From assembly GCA_965644295.1 (NCBI GenBank), contig CBFFRP010000297.1, positions 744,001 to 808,000 on the forward strand: a DNA stretch of 64,000 bases, written 5' to 3'. The DNA comes from Paraphysomonas bandaiensis. Lineage: Eukaryota; Protista; Chrysophyceae. Every line of letters starts with the position of its first letter. The first letter of the stretch is position 1. The translations under genes and the position numbers were made by a program. This document shows, piece after piece, positions 51,401 to 64,000 of the stretch. The notes under the pieces are model-generated. The model saw only the letters and a list, made by a program, of their open reading frames with translations. It did no database searches and was not told where the DNA came from.

Positions 51401-52385
51401 AAACATAGCAGAGCTCTGTCAGGTCATATTACAGTCTACCGGAGCAGTAGAAACCGATATGAAGCAGTCATACGATCAGAACTGCGGTGTGGACAACGAT
51501 AGTAGCTTCGTTTCGGATATGACCGTGAATTTAGTACGGAGCTCCACTGAAAAGTCTTGTCAGACCTTGGTCGATTACCCTAAAGGTTTTAGAGATGGTA
51601 TTTGGAAAGGTGTGTGTGGTCTGGTGAGTGCTCCAGTGAGGGGGTTGAACAATGGTGGAGTTACTGGACTTTTCGGAGGTGTGGCGCGAGGAGTTGTTGG
51701 GCTGGGCCTGAAACCTACTTATGGAATTCTCTCTCATTTCAGTAGTTCAATGCGCCACTCAACTGGTCTGCTACTAGCTGGTATGAAACACCCGGCCTTT
51801 TTCCGTGAAAGTGTGACTCCCCTTCTCACTACCGGAAACTCTGTTCCTGATAGGAGCGAAATTTCCCGAGCAGTGCACAAAATCACAGATGAATATATAC
51901 AAGAGGGACGTATGTCCATGGAATTCAGCGAAAGGTGTGTGTATTGCTCATCATGTCTCGTAGATGGGTACGACGCTGTCTTGGTGGCAACGGATAGTCA
52001 TATCGCTCTAGTGGATTCAAGGGGTGCGAATCATCGGCGCGGTCCCACTGTGAGCGGCATTTGGAGGGCAAGCACGGCAGATCTGTTCGCATATGAACAG
52101 CTCATATCGTTTCGTCCACTAGATGGGGCACGCGAGACTCCAATTCAGGCAGAAGCTTCAGTTAACCTAGACCTGGTCCAAGATTCGTCGGAAATAAATC
52201 ACTATGACACCTACTCTGGGAGAGACAGAACTCTTGTTTTGACTTTCATAGGTGAAGTGGAGCCTTCAACAGTATCTTGCCAGGTTACTTACAAGAGCGC
52301 AGAAGAGATGGGGCGGTTTGTTACACATGTTCTCTTACCAAATGCGCACTGTTTGTTACCCCGCAATTTTGTTGGCTGGAAATGA
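39459..52385 (+). CDS. VPS13: VPS13-family bridge-like lipid transfer protein, ~4287 aa (intron 40407-40469)
   Basis: Chorein-N (IQLGLWGGYISLEKLQLR, KIPW, IRNIHVRYED-like), PGAWWRFAI, VAB-repeat signatures (IIVRSTL, FAPFWV, PYRIENRT, YAWDEP), and C-terminal GLVSAPVRG...GVARGVVGLGLKP. Confidence 0.92.
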
Positions 52386-53329
52386 GTATTTGAATACTGT
52401 TCACAAACAACACCTTGAGTATATTACTGTAAATAGTAAATAGTTAGTTTTTTTTGGAGTAACACTGGAAAGCCGTACTATATCTCGTAACACCAAGCAC
52501 CTAATTCTCGTTGAAGCAACGGTGCTATTTTCGACTGGAAAAGTAGTACAAGATAGATAATTCCATATAAATATTTCACATAACACTTGTATATCTATCC
52601 AGAGATAGAGTATGCTATCTATGCAGCTTGCGTTTTTGTTTAAACTACATGGCCACTCTACCGACCAATGTGCTGTAATATTATAATGAATTCACTCTAA
52701 CACTTAAAGGAGTTTAAAAGTAACTGGAGAGAGTATTACTAAGATCATACGTAATTCGTTTACTTGCTATGAAGTAACGGCTGATACTGATCGACAGGTA
52801 ATTCATCTGCGTTCACGGATGTTGCGAAAATGGAAGAAGGAAGATCAGTTACTCTTTAACAATTTTCAGCTAAAGGTATAGGTGCCTACGGAACATAATA
52901 TTTGGAAAGTGCAATAAAACCCGATTGTCGACGTAATCACAATATACAATGCGGCTGAAATGAGAGACAAGGTTAACACCTATCTCATAACAGCGGAAGG
53001 TGTTTTTCAACAGGATAAGCCTCCTACTATCTTAATGAGAGAACGCTTCGGCGATTCTCGTCCTTGAGGTAAAAGGAGTGCTGCACGGATGTGGACCAGA
53101 AAAAGTGTGCTATCAATGATTGCGATGGGAGAGATGAATGTGAAAAAATCCTATACTGGAGCAGCACGTAAAGAGTCCTCCGTGGTTTATACTATAATAA
53201 ATGTGTAAGCTGTATGCCCATTATCCTTCGTCGAAACGTTTTCTTCAGCACACACAGTATGTAGACTTATAATTGATAAAATATTTGAAATGGAAGAGCA
53301 GGTTAAGACATTGTGTAATGCGGGCACTC

Positions 53330-53580
53330 TTGGAATTATGTGGCGTGAGATTTAATTGAGAAAATTTGCAACAAGTTACATCCCAGTCGCTTCTATAAGG
53401 CTAATCACAGAGATGTGTTCGCTGATAGTAGGACTGAAAGATTTATCTGACGGAGTCCAACCTTAATTTCGTTTCGACCTGTCCCGAAAGTCATACTTAC
53501 CAGTACGCCGGTGAATTCTTTATGATAGATATTAAAAGCAACGATATTATTTTGGGCTTACCAGCTTTGATCAAAAGATT
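53330..53580 (+). mobile_element. Ty3/Gypsy aspartic-protease remnant
   Basis: EFFMIDIKSNDIILGLPAL resembles the C-terminal protease motif. Degraded. Confidence 0.45.
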
Positions 53581-53636
53581 ATAGTCATTCATGTGTGAGG
53601 TCATACAATATGCCCACGAGTTTCAATTAGAGGATG

Positions 53637-54490
53637 CTACTGAGGACCCACCTGCCCACCAAGTAAATTTCTTGGATCATCTTGATATACCGCCCCTTCA
53701 TCCTGCTCTCTTGGGGCCAAACGCATTCTTACTATTCTAGCCCAGTCATTGGCACTATTCCTTCCTCTTTGCACCATTCTTGTAGGTTGTAGATATTTGT
53801 TATGTGTCCCGCAAGTAGTCAATATTCAGCTAAACGCATCCTTCATGTCGCCTGTCTTTACCTCATCTATCAAGTCATCAATCCTGGGCAATGGAAATAC
53901 ATTGGACTTAGTTTTAGCATTCCGCTCCCAGCAGTCAATCGTCTGCAAAACGTGGCCATTTCCTCCTCATTTCTAGAATCCCAGATGACTTCCAGAGTAT
54001 GTTTTCCCCATTCATGAAAATATCGCTCATATTATCATACAGTACTGACACCATTGCTGATGCCCGTCCTGGTTTTGCATCCTCGACCTTTCCTACCCTC
54101 TCTTGCCAATCTTGGCTTTAGCGTTCTTAAACACACTTAGATCTCCGAATATATCCTTGGCCTTGCTATCACTAGTTTCTTATCGAATGTTTCAATCGCC
54201 GTCATCAGTCTTCTTCCTCTCAATCCATGACTTTTAGCTAGGTCCATCATAAGTCTTCCCTCATGGTGGAGAGGCTGCGGTATGATCCCGATAGATATCC
54301 AGAAGATCAATAAGCTCCGATATTGCTTCCTGCCTCCTCTGTTGTGTAGGTTATTCCATTCTAATCTCTGCAGATAATGTAGGTGATCTTCTGAACTCAT
54401 CCAATTCCATATATTTCTCCATTCCGCCGGAAAATCTTCTTGTAGGACATCCCGTACCTCAGCATTTTGTTTTTCTACTCCACCCATTGA
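53637..54490 (-). mobile_element. Ty3/Gypsy pol (RT) remnant, minus strand
   Basis: TIDC..RNAKTKSNVFPLPRIDDLID..TGDMKDAF, RMVQ.GRNS. Stops and deletions are present. Confidence 0.75.
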
Positions 54491-54569
54491 CCCAATGTAT
54501 CTTATTGATTGATCTCGTATCCTTACTCTTCCAAAACTTCTGAGATTCCGATGTCGCCTCCCAGAATTG

Positions 54570-55950
54570 TAATATACGACATTTTACCATTTAAGGAGTT
54601 CCAGATGGGGGATTTGTTTTTTAGAAGGAAGTGTCCGGTGAGAGTGTTCTCATCAGCGTCAGATAAGGAGAAATATAAGGAATGTATGAAACTACACCCT
54701 CTGTTTGAATGACCACATAGGGTGACTAAAAGAATTAATCCGGTCCTATATGAGATCCTGATTGATGGTAAACCTGCGAGGGTGCATGAGGGCCATATGA
54801 AGTAAGATCATTACTTGAGGGACCAGATCATTATGCTAAGGGACTATGAAGTAGTGTAGGCTGTAGTATGAGATGAGACGTAGAGATTAGTCATGGTCAG
54901 ATCAGAAGATATGAGTAATAAAGGGCCAGATATAGGGTTGGAGTGTATCGGGACTATCCGTACATACGGATGTAACGGACGTTTATGGTAACTCATAAAG
55001 TATTATTCTGGTATACTTATGTTTTCTGTAGGATGATGTGGAGTAGGTAGTAAAATATGAAGGGATTTCTGGAAGCAGAAAACTAGCTATTTGTGACTAG
55101 GAAATCGCTTTTAGAATTAGTTATGGGAAAATAGGGACAAGGATACAGATTCTTAGATATGCAGGGTTTTGAGAGTTGCAAGAGCAATAAAGGCTACAGT
55201 TATAGAAATCATGTATAACGTACGACATTATATCGCAGCTGCTTTTAGATATTTATGACCGTTGGGTGTGAATTACCACGGTATAAAACGACAGTCTCTC
55301 CACAGTCCTTATCTGAATATGGACTACATCAATAGCATGGTCATATCCCCTGCAAATACTTTGTTATCTGTTTTATTAGGTCATATGTCAGTGGCAAGTC
55401 ATCTTATCGTCCTTAGAACATCATCCAGATCTTGGTTAGATAGCATAACATGTTAGATGATATTTACAGGGATAATAAGGTGGACAAATTGACTGAAATA
55501 TATTGATTGTATATGATTGTGTTTGTCAAAGATTATCAACTACTGGTTGAAGTACGCCTATTCAGTGTAGCAATATTGGGCATGACAAGTATGGGAGATT
55601 AAGGACGCTATTAAGGTGCAAGAATATGGAAGACGTAGAGGTAGATGACAGCTATGATCAGAGCTGGAGTGTACCGGGACTATCCGTACATACGGATGTA
55701 ACGGACGTTTATGGTAACTCATACAGTATTATTCTGGTAAACGTATGTTTTCTGTAGGATGGTGTGGAGTAGGTAGTAAAATATGAAGGGATTTCTATAT
55801 GACTATTTCTGAAAGTAGAAAGCTGACTCTTTATGGCTAGGAACCACTTCTAGAATTATCTATGAGAAAGTAGGATGAGGATATGAATTTTTACGTATAA
55901 CTGAGTTTTGAGAGTAACAAGAGTAATAAGTCAAGAAGCGTTTAGCACTA
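54570..55950 (+). mobile_element. Gypsy integrase C-terminus followed by a ~1.1-kb LTR-like segment (54852-55950) with an internal direct repeat
   Basis: KEFQMGDLFFRR...PHRVTKRINPVLY is paralogous to 58753-59016. The direct repeat is 54940-55070 / 55667-55797. Ends are TAGTG...CACTA. Confidence 0.65.
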
Positions 55951-55954
55951 CTTC

Positions 55955-58900
55955 CTACCTCATAGCCGATTCGACGACTTCGGATTGTCCACGCCCGGAG
56001 TCATTTCCTGCGGAATTATGGAGTTTAGTGGACTTGTCACAATGGAGTTTAGTTCAGGCTCGTTTTGATAAGTATACCCCTGACTTTTTCGAGAAAGTAT
56101 AGAATTGATTTTAACTAAGCTGAATATATATAAGTATATGAAGCAGTGCCGCTGCCATGGGTTACTTCCACAGATTCTACTGCTTCTCATCGTAATGAAC
56201 GTGATGTTTCTTGGCTCAAGCTCTGGTAAATATTGATGTCTTCTGTTTTCAGATCCAGATAACCCACAAAGAATTAAAAACCATAACGTTTACCATTGAG
56301 ACCACTGATGAAGTTCCAATTAGGGCGCGCTCAAGAAAATATTCATTGCTACAGCAAGTATTCTTGGTGGCCAAGACTGGCATCATGCTTAAGCAAAAGA
56401 AGTTGCAGCCCTCAACCAGTGATTGGAGTCATGGGTTGGTGTTGGTACCTTATTATGTTCGCATTCAGAAATTTCTGGACAAGTGGGGTCAAGATACGGC
56501 GCATGTAGAAATTTTAAAGTAACACCAATGGCCTGAGGTTGCCACATTTTTTCGGATATTTTTCCACTTCCCAGGATCGACGATTTCTTGGATAGTATCC
56601 CAGTAGGTACGGATCGATTCACTTCCGGTGGTATTGCAGATGCCTTTTTCTGTGTCCAACTCGATGCTGATAATTGGTTCAAAACTGCGTTTCGTAGGCA
56701 TAATGCGCATCTACAATATACAGTTTTGCTCCAAGGTTGGGTAAATGCACCCTCACATTTTAGTCGGGTAATCCAAATAACGTACGATGGAATGGATAGA
56801 TTTAAGGCCTCGGCCTATTTAGTTGATGTCTTGAATCATACTGGAGGTTTTCTGGATCATATTCATACACAGCAGTCGATATATGATCACCTTCAACCTT
56901 ACTTTTAATATTGAGAAAACTCATATCAATTATCGTGAGTAACGTTTCCTTGAGCATATTTTATCAAAAAAGAAGGGTCGATGTTCAGATCCTAAGAAGG
57001 TGGAAGCCATTGACAAACCGCTGACCCTACGGATGTTACTGATGTTCGACTTTTTCTGGGGAGTACTTCGTTTTATAGATAGGACATCCCTCAGTATGCT
57101 GATGTTGCTTTACCTCTTTTCGATCTGACGAAGAATAACGCCAATGCAAAGAATCTATGGCGCCATTCCATGGAGAAACTCAAATGAGCACTTCGAAAGG
57201 CTCCTGTGCTTCGCTTCTTGATAATTTCAAACCTTTTGTTATTCACCTGGATGTATCTAAAACGAAGCGGGAAACGGAGGGGTTCTCATGCAGCATGATG
57301 ACGGGCAGCTACATCCGGTGGAATATTTCAGCCGTAAGCTAGCTCCCGCGGAACACAACTATTCGACTACTGATTTAGAATATGTCAAGCCATTCGTGAT
57401 GACATTTTCCATCGCATATTTATCTCAACAGTGGTCAAAAGTTGAGGTGTATTTCAGACCACAACAGCTTAAAGTACATGGTACATTCATCAGTGACTGC
57501 GATGCTCAATCCACGTTTACTGGGCTACCTTATGAATCTCAATTCTACCGTTTTGCCCTGCATTATAATAACGGGGTGGAAAGTGTGGTTGCTGATATAT
57601 TAAACCGGCTTTGGCAAGTTGGTGATGTTCAGTCTGCTTCACGGGAGGAGCCGGTGGATCATTTTGGCCCTGTAGTTGCTAATATGAAGATCCCGATCTC
57701 ATTCGAACATGGGGTGCTGCAAAACGGCAATTGAGTAACTTAAAACGTCAGCCTGTTGCAGAAACGGAGGCTATGAAAAAAGTAAACACTCGTGCTCCCA
57801 AAAGTGATGATCATTGTGACGTGTTAGATACTAATTTACCGGTTTCATCTTCTACTAAGAGAGGGAATAATAGAAAGAAGTTTAGAATTTGGAAATTCTG
57901 TATTCGGAATCAAGCAACTTGCTCTATGAAAAGAGAGCACGGTCGGGTATTGTTGTACATAAATATATGTGTGATACACATCCGTATGCAGTTTGTGGAG
58001 AGTCTGGACTATGGCAGCTATCGGACCAATATCTGGTGGATCATCCTGTGGAGGACCCTGAAATTCAATGGCCCGCTAATAACGAAGGAATGGCCCAAGT
58101 CCAATATAATGATCCATAACTACATCCTATTTTCTTACGATTATCTACCTTACAGGATGGACACGAAAATTGAAATTGATGGTCTGATTTATAAATTGGA
58201 CTATGACTATGACTAAGATGAAGAGCAAAATATTTTGGTGCGCGAATATATCCAGGAAAATAAAGGAGTTGAGGTGTGGCAAATTTTTGTTCCACAAGTA
58301 CTAAGATATCAGTTTACGAAATATTTCTATGATGGCTGCGAAGATCCAGGAACCTTACGAATGCTGGAGACCATTAAACTGAGATATTTTTGGCCGTCCA
58401 TGCGAAAGGATATACAACAATATGTGTGTGTGTGCCGTGTAAACTACGGAAGAGTTATCAGATTAAACCGAAATTCCTGTCATGAAATATCCTGATGCGA
58501 AAACTCCATTATCTCTAATATGTATAATACTACTGTATCATTTAGTACACCGTTCACTCCATATTATATGATGTTTGGTAGAGAGTGTCGACATCTATTG
58601 AGTATTTATTATATAATCAACAATCAGATTATCGTTTACCTGTACGACGAGATACCATAGAATCTGATTGGGTGGATAGTTTGTTAATATCTTTAGACCA
58701 ATCTTGGAACTATGCTACAGCTAAGGCTCAAAAGAAACATCTTTGACATAATATGGTGACACGCCGACCTCGAGAATTCAAGGAGTTCGATGCTGGGGAC
58801 CTATTCTTTAGAATACGACGCCCTGTTCATGTGTTTAAATCGACTGATGATGATGAGGATCGTATAAAATCAATGCCAAATTACAAGGATGATTTGAAGG

Positions 58901-59527
58901 AATCTATAAACTTTATTTATAGATTCTATAAAGTTATTCGGAGTCCAATACTTTATGATGATGATATTGAACGCAAGGAAGTCAGGATTAATGCGACTAA
59001 TATGAACCCATATTAGGATCGCAGTGAACTTCGTTCCGAGAATTAGTATGCGACTGCTGGGGGGGGTAGTACAATAACCAACTGCTAGGTTATTCTATAC
59101 TATGAGCTTTCTATTGTATATGCTTAAGCTTGTACATATTCCATGTTTGAGTATCGACTCTACTGAATAATATAACTATTATATGATATGCTTTATATTG
59201 AAATATACAATGATGTATAACAGAAGTAGATAAATAGGTAACAGATGTATAAAATGAAGACTAGCAATGATGTATGAATGTATGATGAAAACCATGATTG
59301 ATGATATTTACATGGCGTATTTATGATACACAAGGCTGGAGAATTCCGGTTTTTATATTCAGGCTAATAGAGGCGTATTGCCGAAAAAGATTTTTAGCCA
59401 CTCTTGGTATTTAGTGAAAGATACACTTCGTATTATTAGAGATAAAGATTGATCGCATAAACTTCACATGAAGGAAAAGGCTTAATAGTATGATAACAAG
59501 ACACGTTTGAACAGAGCGTTAGCACCA
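55955..59527 (+). mobile_element. Decayed Ty3/Gypsy retrotransposon: RT-RNase H-integrase, PPT and 3' LTR (59067-59527)
   Basis: FPLPRIDDFLD, IADAFFCVQL, QGWVNAPSHF, AYLVDVL (degenerate YxDD), PVEYFSRKL..AEHNYSTTDLE, YFWPSMRKDIQQYV..C..., and a G8 polypurine tract at 59059-59066. Many frameshifts. Confidence 0.9.
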
Positions 59528-59539
59528 CACACATGTGCG

Positions 59540-61173
59540 TATCTTGTACAGTAGCGTATCTTATATAGTTTGGTAATTATTCAATCCGTTTGATATTTCA
59601 TTGTATACATGTGTTGTATACACGTAAAGAGATATACGTGAATCAATGAATCTTAATACTCCCCCTCAATGAAATATTCACATGACGTACATATATATAT
59701 GAGTATAGATGTATATATGTGGAGATAGTTCAACTGAGGGTAAAACCCACGAGTGGGATAGCAGATTGTGGATTACACTGATGTCAACATACAACATAAT
59801 CGTGGGAAACTCCGTAGATCTATGTCATCCATCGTTGCCTCTTGGTTGAGTTTTCTGTCGGTGGAATAGATACTCTTGTTCTTTTATTGCTAGCAGGTGT
59901 GTTGATGCCTCGCCCCCCCCCATTAGTGAATCCCGCAATCTGTAGAACGTGTTTGATGTGAGAGGTTTAGTTAGGATATCGGCCAGAACATTTGTAGGCT
60001 TGTAATCAACAATAATAGATTGCGAGGCGACATGATCTCATATGAAGTGATATCTGACGGCAATATGTTTTGTTCGTCGATGGTGTAAAGGGTTTAGACA
60101 TAGTTGAACTGCACCTTTGTTGTCACATCATATGGTTCTTGAATATATGGCATGTGAAAGCCCAACACCGAGAGTAGTGACCGCAGCCAAATAGGTTCTT
60201 GCCATGATGTTGATAATATCATGCAATATCGGGTCTAGTGCACACAGCAATATACATTAGTGATCCTATGAGTTCTTGTAAGGGATAAAATTTTGAACAA
60301 ATACTCGATTTTCTTGGGGTAGTCATTTATTTTCGGGGATGTCTATGTGGAAATTTGTTGTCATAGGATGACTATGTGGTTTACAGTCTTGCATGTTGAA
60401 TCTGTGGAGTAGATCTCGGATGTATTGGGATTGGTTTAACGTCGTGGTTTGATTCTGTAGATCCTGTTTGACGAATATCCCGAGGTAGTAATCTAGACGC
60501 CGAGATCATGAATATCAAATTTTTCTGCTAATGAATTCTTGAGTTGAGTGATGTCGGTCCTATTTTTGGCGGCAATAATGATATCATCAACGTCAACTGC
60601 CAGAATTATGAGTCGTCCATCGATTGTTTACTTGAAGATGCACGGGTCGGATACTAATCTGGTGAAACCACAGTCTAACAAATAAATTGTGCAACATTTG
60701 TACCAATTAAATCCGGATTGTTTGAGTCCGTATATGCTCTTTAGGAGTCTGAGGACCTTCCCGTTTGGAACATCGAGACCAGCGGGTGAATAGTTGTAAA
60801 TCTCCTCTTGGAGGTCCGCATTGATATAAACAGTGGAGAAATCTACCTGGTGTAGCTCCAACCCAAGAATGGTTGCTTGGGCTATAACGGTCCTCATTGT
60901 TGTGGCCTTGGTGACTGGGCTGTATGTTTCGTTGTAGTCTTTGCCCGCTACCTGGGAGAAACCTTGAGCCACTACCCTCGCCTTGAAAGTAACCTCATCT
61001 GGCTTGACCTTTATCCTAAACACAAATTTTCCTTTAATGATGTTGGAGTTAGAGAGCACTTTGATTTCTTTGTTGATGGCTCTCAGCCATTGTTCTTTGT
61101 GCCTGCCTGATAGTGCCTCCTCAACATTGTTAGGTGTGTTTGTCTTGTGCATGCATAATAATGTCGACATCAT
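59540..61173 (-). mobile_element. Decayed Ty1/Copia retrotransposon (RT, RNase H, PPT, start of the 3' LTR)
   Basis: FKARVVAQGFSQ, LHQVDFSTVYINA, LLKSIYGLKQSG..W, AVDVDDII, TRPDIA, RTKHIAVRYHF, ADILTKPL, and PPT GAGGGGGAG at 59659-59667. Confidence 0.92.
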
Positions 61174-61586
61174 TCACGTATAACTTTCTGTAAGTATCAC
61201 GTTTATCAGGTGTTTTGTGATGATACAGGTATCGTTTGTCAACATCACAATGATATATATTATACAATAAAAGGGTAATAGTAAGCGTATACAAACTTGG
61301 TGATAATATATATCATTGTGATGTTGACAAACGATACCTGTATAATCACAAAACACCTGATAAACGTGATACTTACAGAAAGTTATACGTGAATGATGTC
61401 GACATTATTATGCATGCACATGACAAATGTAGCGATGATAAAGATGTACCTAACACACCTAACAATGTTGAGGAGGCACTATCAGGCAGGCACAAAGAAC
61501 AATGGCTGAGAGCCATCAACAAAGAAATCAAAGTGCTCTCTAACTCCAACATCATTAAAGGAAAATTTGTGTTTAGGATAAAGGTC
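61006..61586. repeat. Fold-back inverted duplication of Copia sequence (arms 61006-61263 / 61303-61586, 39-nt loop)
   Basis: The arms are reverse complements, with a few substitutions and one ~26-bp indel. Confidence 0.93.
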
Positions 61587-61609
61587 TAAGTATATTTAAT
61601 GCAAATCTG

Positions 61610-61750
61610 CATTAAATATACTTAGGTATCACAATGACACCATCGATCAAGGTCTTCATTACTCTGGTTCATTACTCCGGGAAATACGCCGACAGTGATT
61701 GCGCACGCTGCAATCTAACTCGCAGGTCAACTACGGCATTCTTCATTGGC
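61610..61750 (+). mobile_element. Copia RT/RNase H junction fragment
   Basis: ILRY...GLHYSG and YADSDCARCNLTRRSTT. Confidence 0.75.
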
Positions 61751-62859
61751 AATTTCTGTAAGGTCAAACGAGCTATCAAGCCTGTGAATTCCCAGGGTCA
61801 CAGGAGGCGGCAAAGACCGAAAGATGCAACCATGGGTGTAAGGACACCCCACCGTCACAAGGTGAACCGGTGCATAAAGCAAAGTCTCCAAAGCAAGAGG
61901 CAAACCAGAAAAGGGTAATGAAGTTATATAATATATAACAGACTACGAATCATCATCAGTTTTCTTGCACTCCACTGGCATATCAGGGTCTTCTTGCATG
62001 GCTTCATAAGAGAGTGTGTAGTGTGTTGATGGAGTGTGAATAATATGATCATATTATGACAGTCGTTATTGCCGTTCTATTTGTTGTATTGTGAGCTATT
62101 ATCACTTTATCAGAACATATATATATGTCGTACATAAAACAATGAATTTGTTGATTACAAACATTACGATATCAAGTACCAGTAAATGCCATTCATGGGT
62201 GCCCAGTTCCCGGAAATTATATGCCTAACCCTAATCCTAATCGAATAGTTCTGCCCCTTTCTGAGAGCGTACCCTAGTGAAGTCCTAGTGTTGACTAAGC
62301 TAAGTAACGTATAGATTATTAATAAAAATCTCAGCGTATTATTCGTGTGTTGGCATCAAGAAAGCTCTAGCTAGATCTACATTATACCTGCATAGCCTAT
62401 ATGAGATTACGAGAAACCCCGTGCATTCTAGGGGAGGGAGGGGGGCGGCCAATGTCACACTAGACCTATACTGAGTCATGCATGGTCACGAGAATCCCCG
62501 CGTAATCTTTGTTAGGTAATAATGGGAATGTACACATGGTCCTACTAGAATCTGCGCGAATTACATATATAAAAGTCATGCATAGTTATGAGAAATCCCG
62601 CGTAATCTCAGCAAAGGTTAACACAGGTGGAGGAGACTACAGAACTGCGCGTGATCTATGTGGTCAGCTACGCTGGTACACGGGTGGGTGGGTAGTAGAA
62701 TCAGTGCTATATCTCGGTGTTTTAGGTGGGGCACCAGCCAGCCTACACTATGGCCACGCCCTCGGAATGGGGCAAGTTCATTTGGTGTTTACTTATAAAG
62801 TAAAAAATTATATTACGATAGTTAAATAACAAATTCCAGTGAACTAAAAATAGAAATAT

Positions 62860-63641
62860 ACGAACGTTGGCTTAAAAATTGAAATCGTAGTAAATATCTC
62901 TTCATTTCTGAAGTGGAACAAAAGAACTGCCATAGCGTGCAACTAAATATCACTTATTCTTGATGCCGACTTTCCGTTTCTTCTGTATATCAGGTTAACA
63001 AAAGAGGTAAGGATATAATATTACATTCGTGGATGAATTCGTTTTTCTTCCACTAGAAGTTCTCTTCTGGTAGGCGGAGTCGAAATCGAAATCCGAGTAG
63101 TTAGAGCACTCGTCGTCTTGGTACTCTTCTTTTACCTCAACTTCACATTTCACATGAGTCTGCCTTCATTCAAGAGTTTATATGAGTATCAAACATGTTC
63201 ATAGTTATACTTGTATCCTCTAGATGCACAAGTGAAACATAAAGTCTGATTCTTGTTGGTGTTTCTGGAATTGAATGTCTGGCGGTTTGAACAGTTCTGT
63301 GTTACCTCTGATCCGCAGTCTACACAACAGTTTACGTCAGTCATATTCCAAACACCATTGGCACTCCCCAACAACAACACATGCCGTTCAATCGGAGTAT
63401 ATTTGTCTAACATCTTGTTAACAGCATCAACTTCAGAAAAGGCATCGTATCTTGGAGATGACAATGTGCTGTCATGTTGTACTGGTGGACCAGGCTCACT
63501 TGTCGTGCATATGTCCTTTCGTGGCTATGTATTCTTGTTGACATGACGACCACGATGACAGGGAAAAGTTATCGGAGCACAATCATCATCACTATCCAAC
63601 GCCATCACAAGCTGTTCAATCGGAGTAAACTTATCTGACAT
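62860..63641 (-). pseudogene. Degraded ORF with a CxxC...CxxC zinc ribbon, origin unknown
   Basis: The frame from ATG 63641 continues through internal stops. It contains repeated DK(F/Y)TPIE and CVDC...CFTC. Confidence 0.35.
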
Positions 63642-64000
63642 TACTTATATAAGTAACTCATATGTGCAAGTATGATATGAATATCTGAGCGATCTCTCAT
63701 CAACTCAGAGCATACACGGACATGAAGAGCGGAAGATTCTTTGAAGTTTGATGATTGAGAAATCAAAAAGTGTGTTATTTAGCAAGAAAAAGCAGTTTTT
63801 TGTTCTATACAGTTTTTTGATGACCAATATACCATATATTTGTGATTTGACCGGATGTCAGATGCCTGGAATGACTGTATCTATATACCATACTACGTAC
63901 TGCTGTACTCTTGGAATTCCTGATACTTCCTTCTCTTCAAAACAATGTGAATACAAAAAATGGTGATTACAATGATATGAAAACCCATTTTTAAGGAAAA

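Noticed and set aside
40865-51919. Numerous short antisense ORFs within VPS13 and other genes
   Set aside because: Shadow ORFs of long coding sequences.

Overview
Eukaryotic nuclear DNA using the standard code, with mostly ~45-65 nt GT-AG introns. A stramenopile-like protist is likely, but that is an inference. Host genes: cysteine synthase (+), TRM13 (-), PYROXD1 (+, with a 4.76-kb minisatellite-filled intron), a RAD5-like SNF2/RING helicase (-), a 63-aa TM microprotein, a CudA/p53-like DNA-binding protein, mitochondrial uL22, a LanC-like protein (-) and a ~4290-aa VPS13 (+). The accessory zone at ~19-37 kb holds the most interesting items. (i) An apparently intact 3.39-kb IS630/Tc1-type transposon (20091-23478) has perfect 191-bp TIRs that each contain the 5' region and the ATG-GCT-GCA-GCT start. 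The DD33E transposase and a novel 513-aa Cys-rich cargo protein therefore start convergently from identical ends. (ii) An intronless NUGGC/SLIP-GC-like dynamin-family GTPase fused to a U-box sits between 465-bp inverted repeats, next to a decayed Polinton-like-virus capsid gene. (iii) Several MITE and mini-element families are present. The last 11 kb is a graveyard of Ty3/Gypsy and Ty1/Copia remnants, including a ~580-bp fold-back. All calls are by eye from motifs; no database searches were run.
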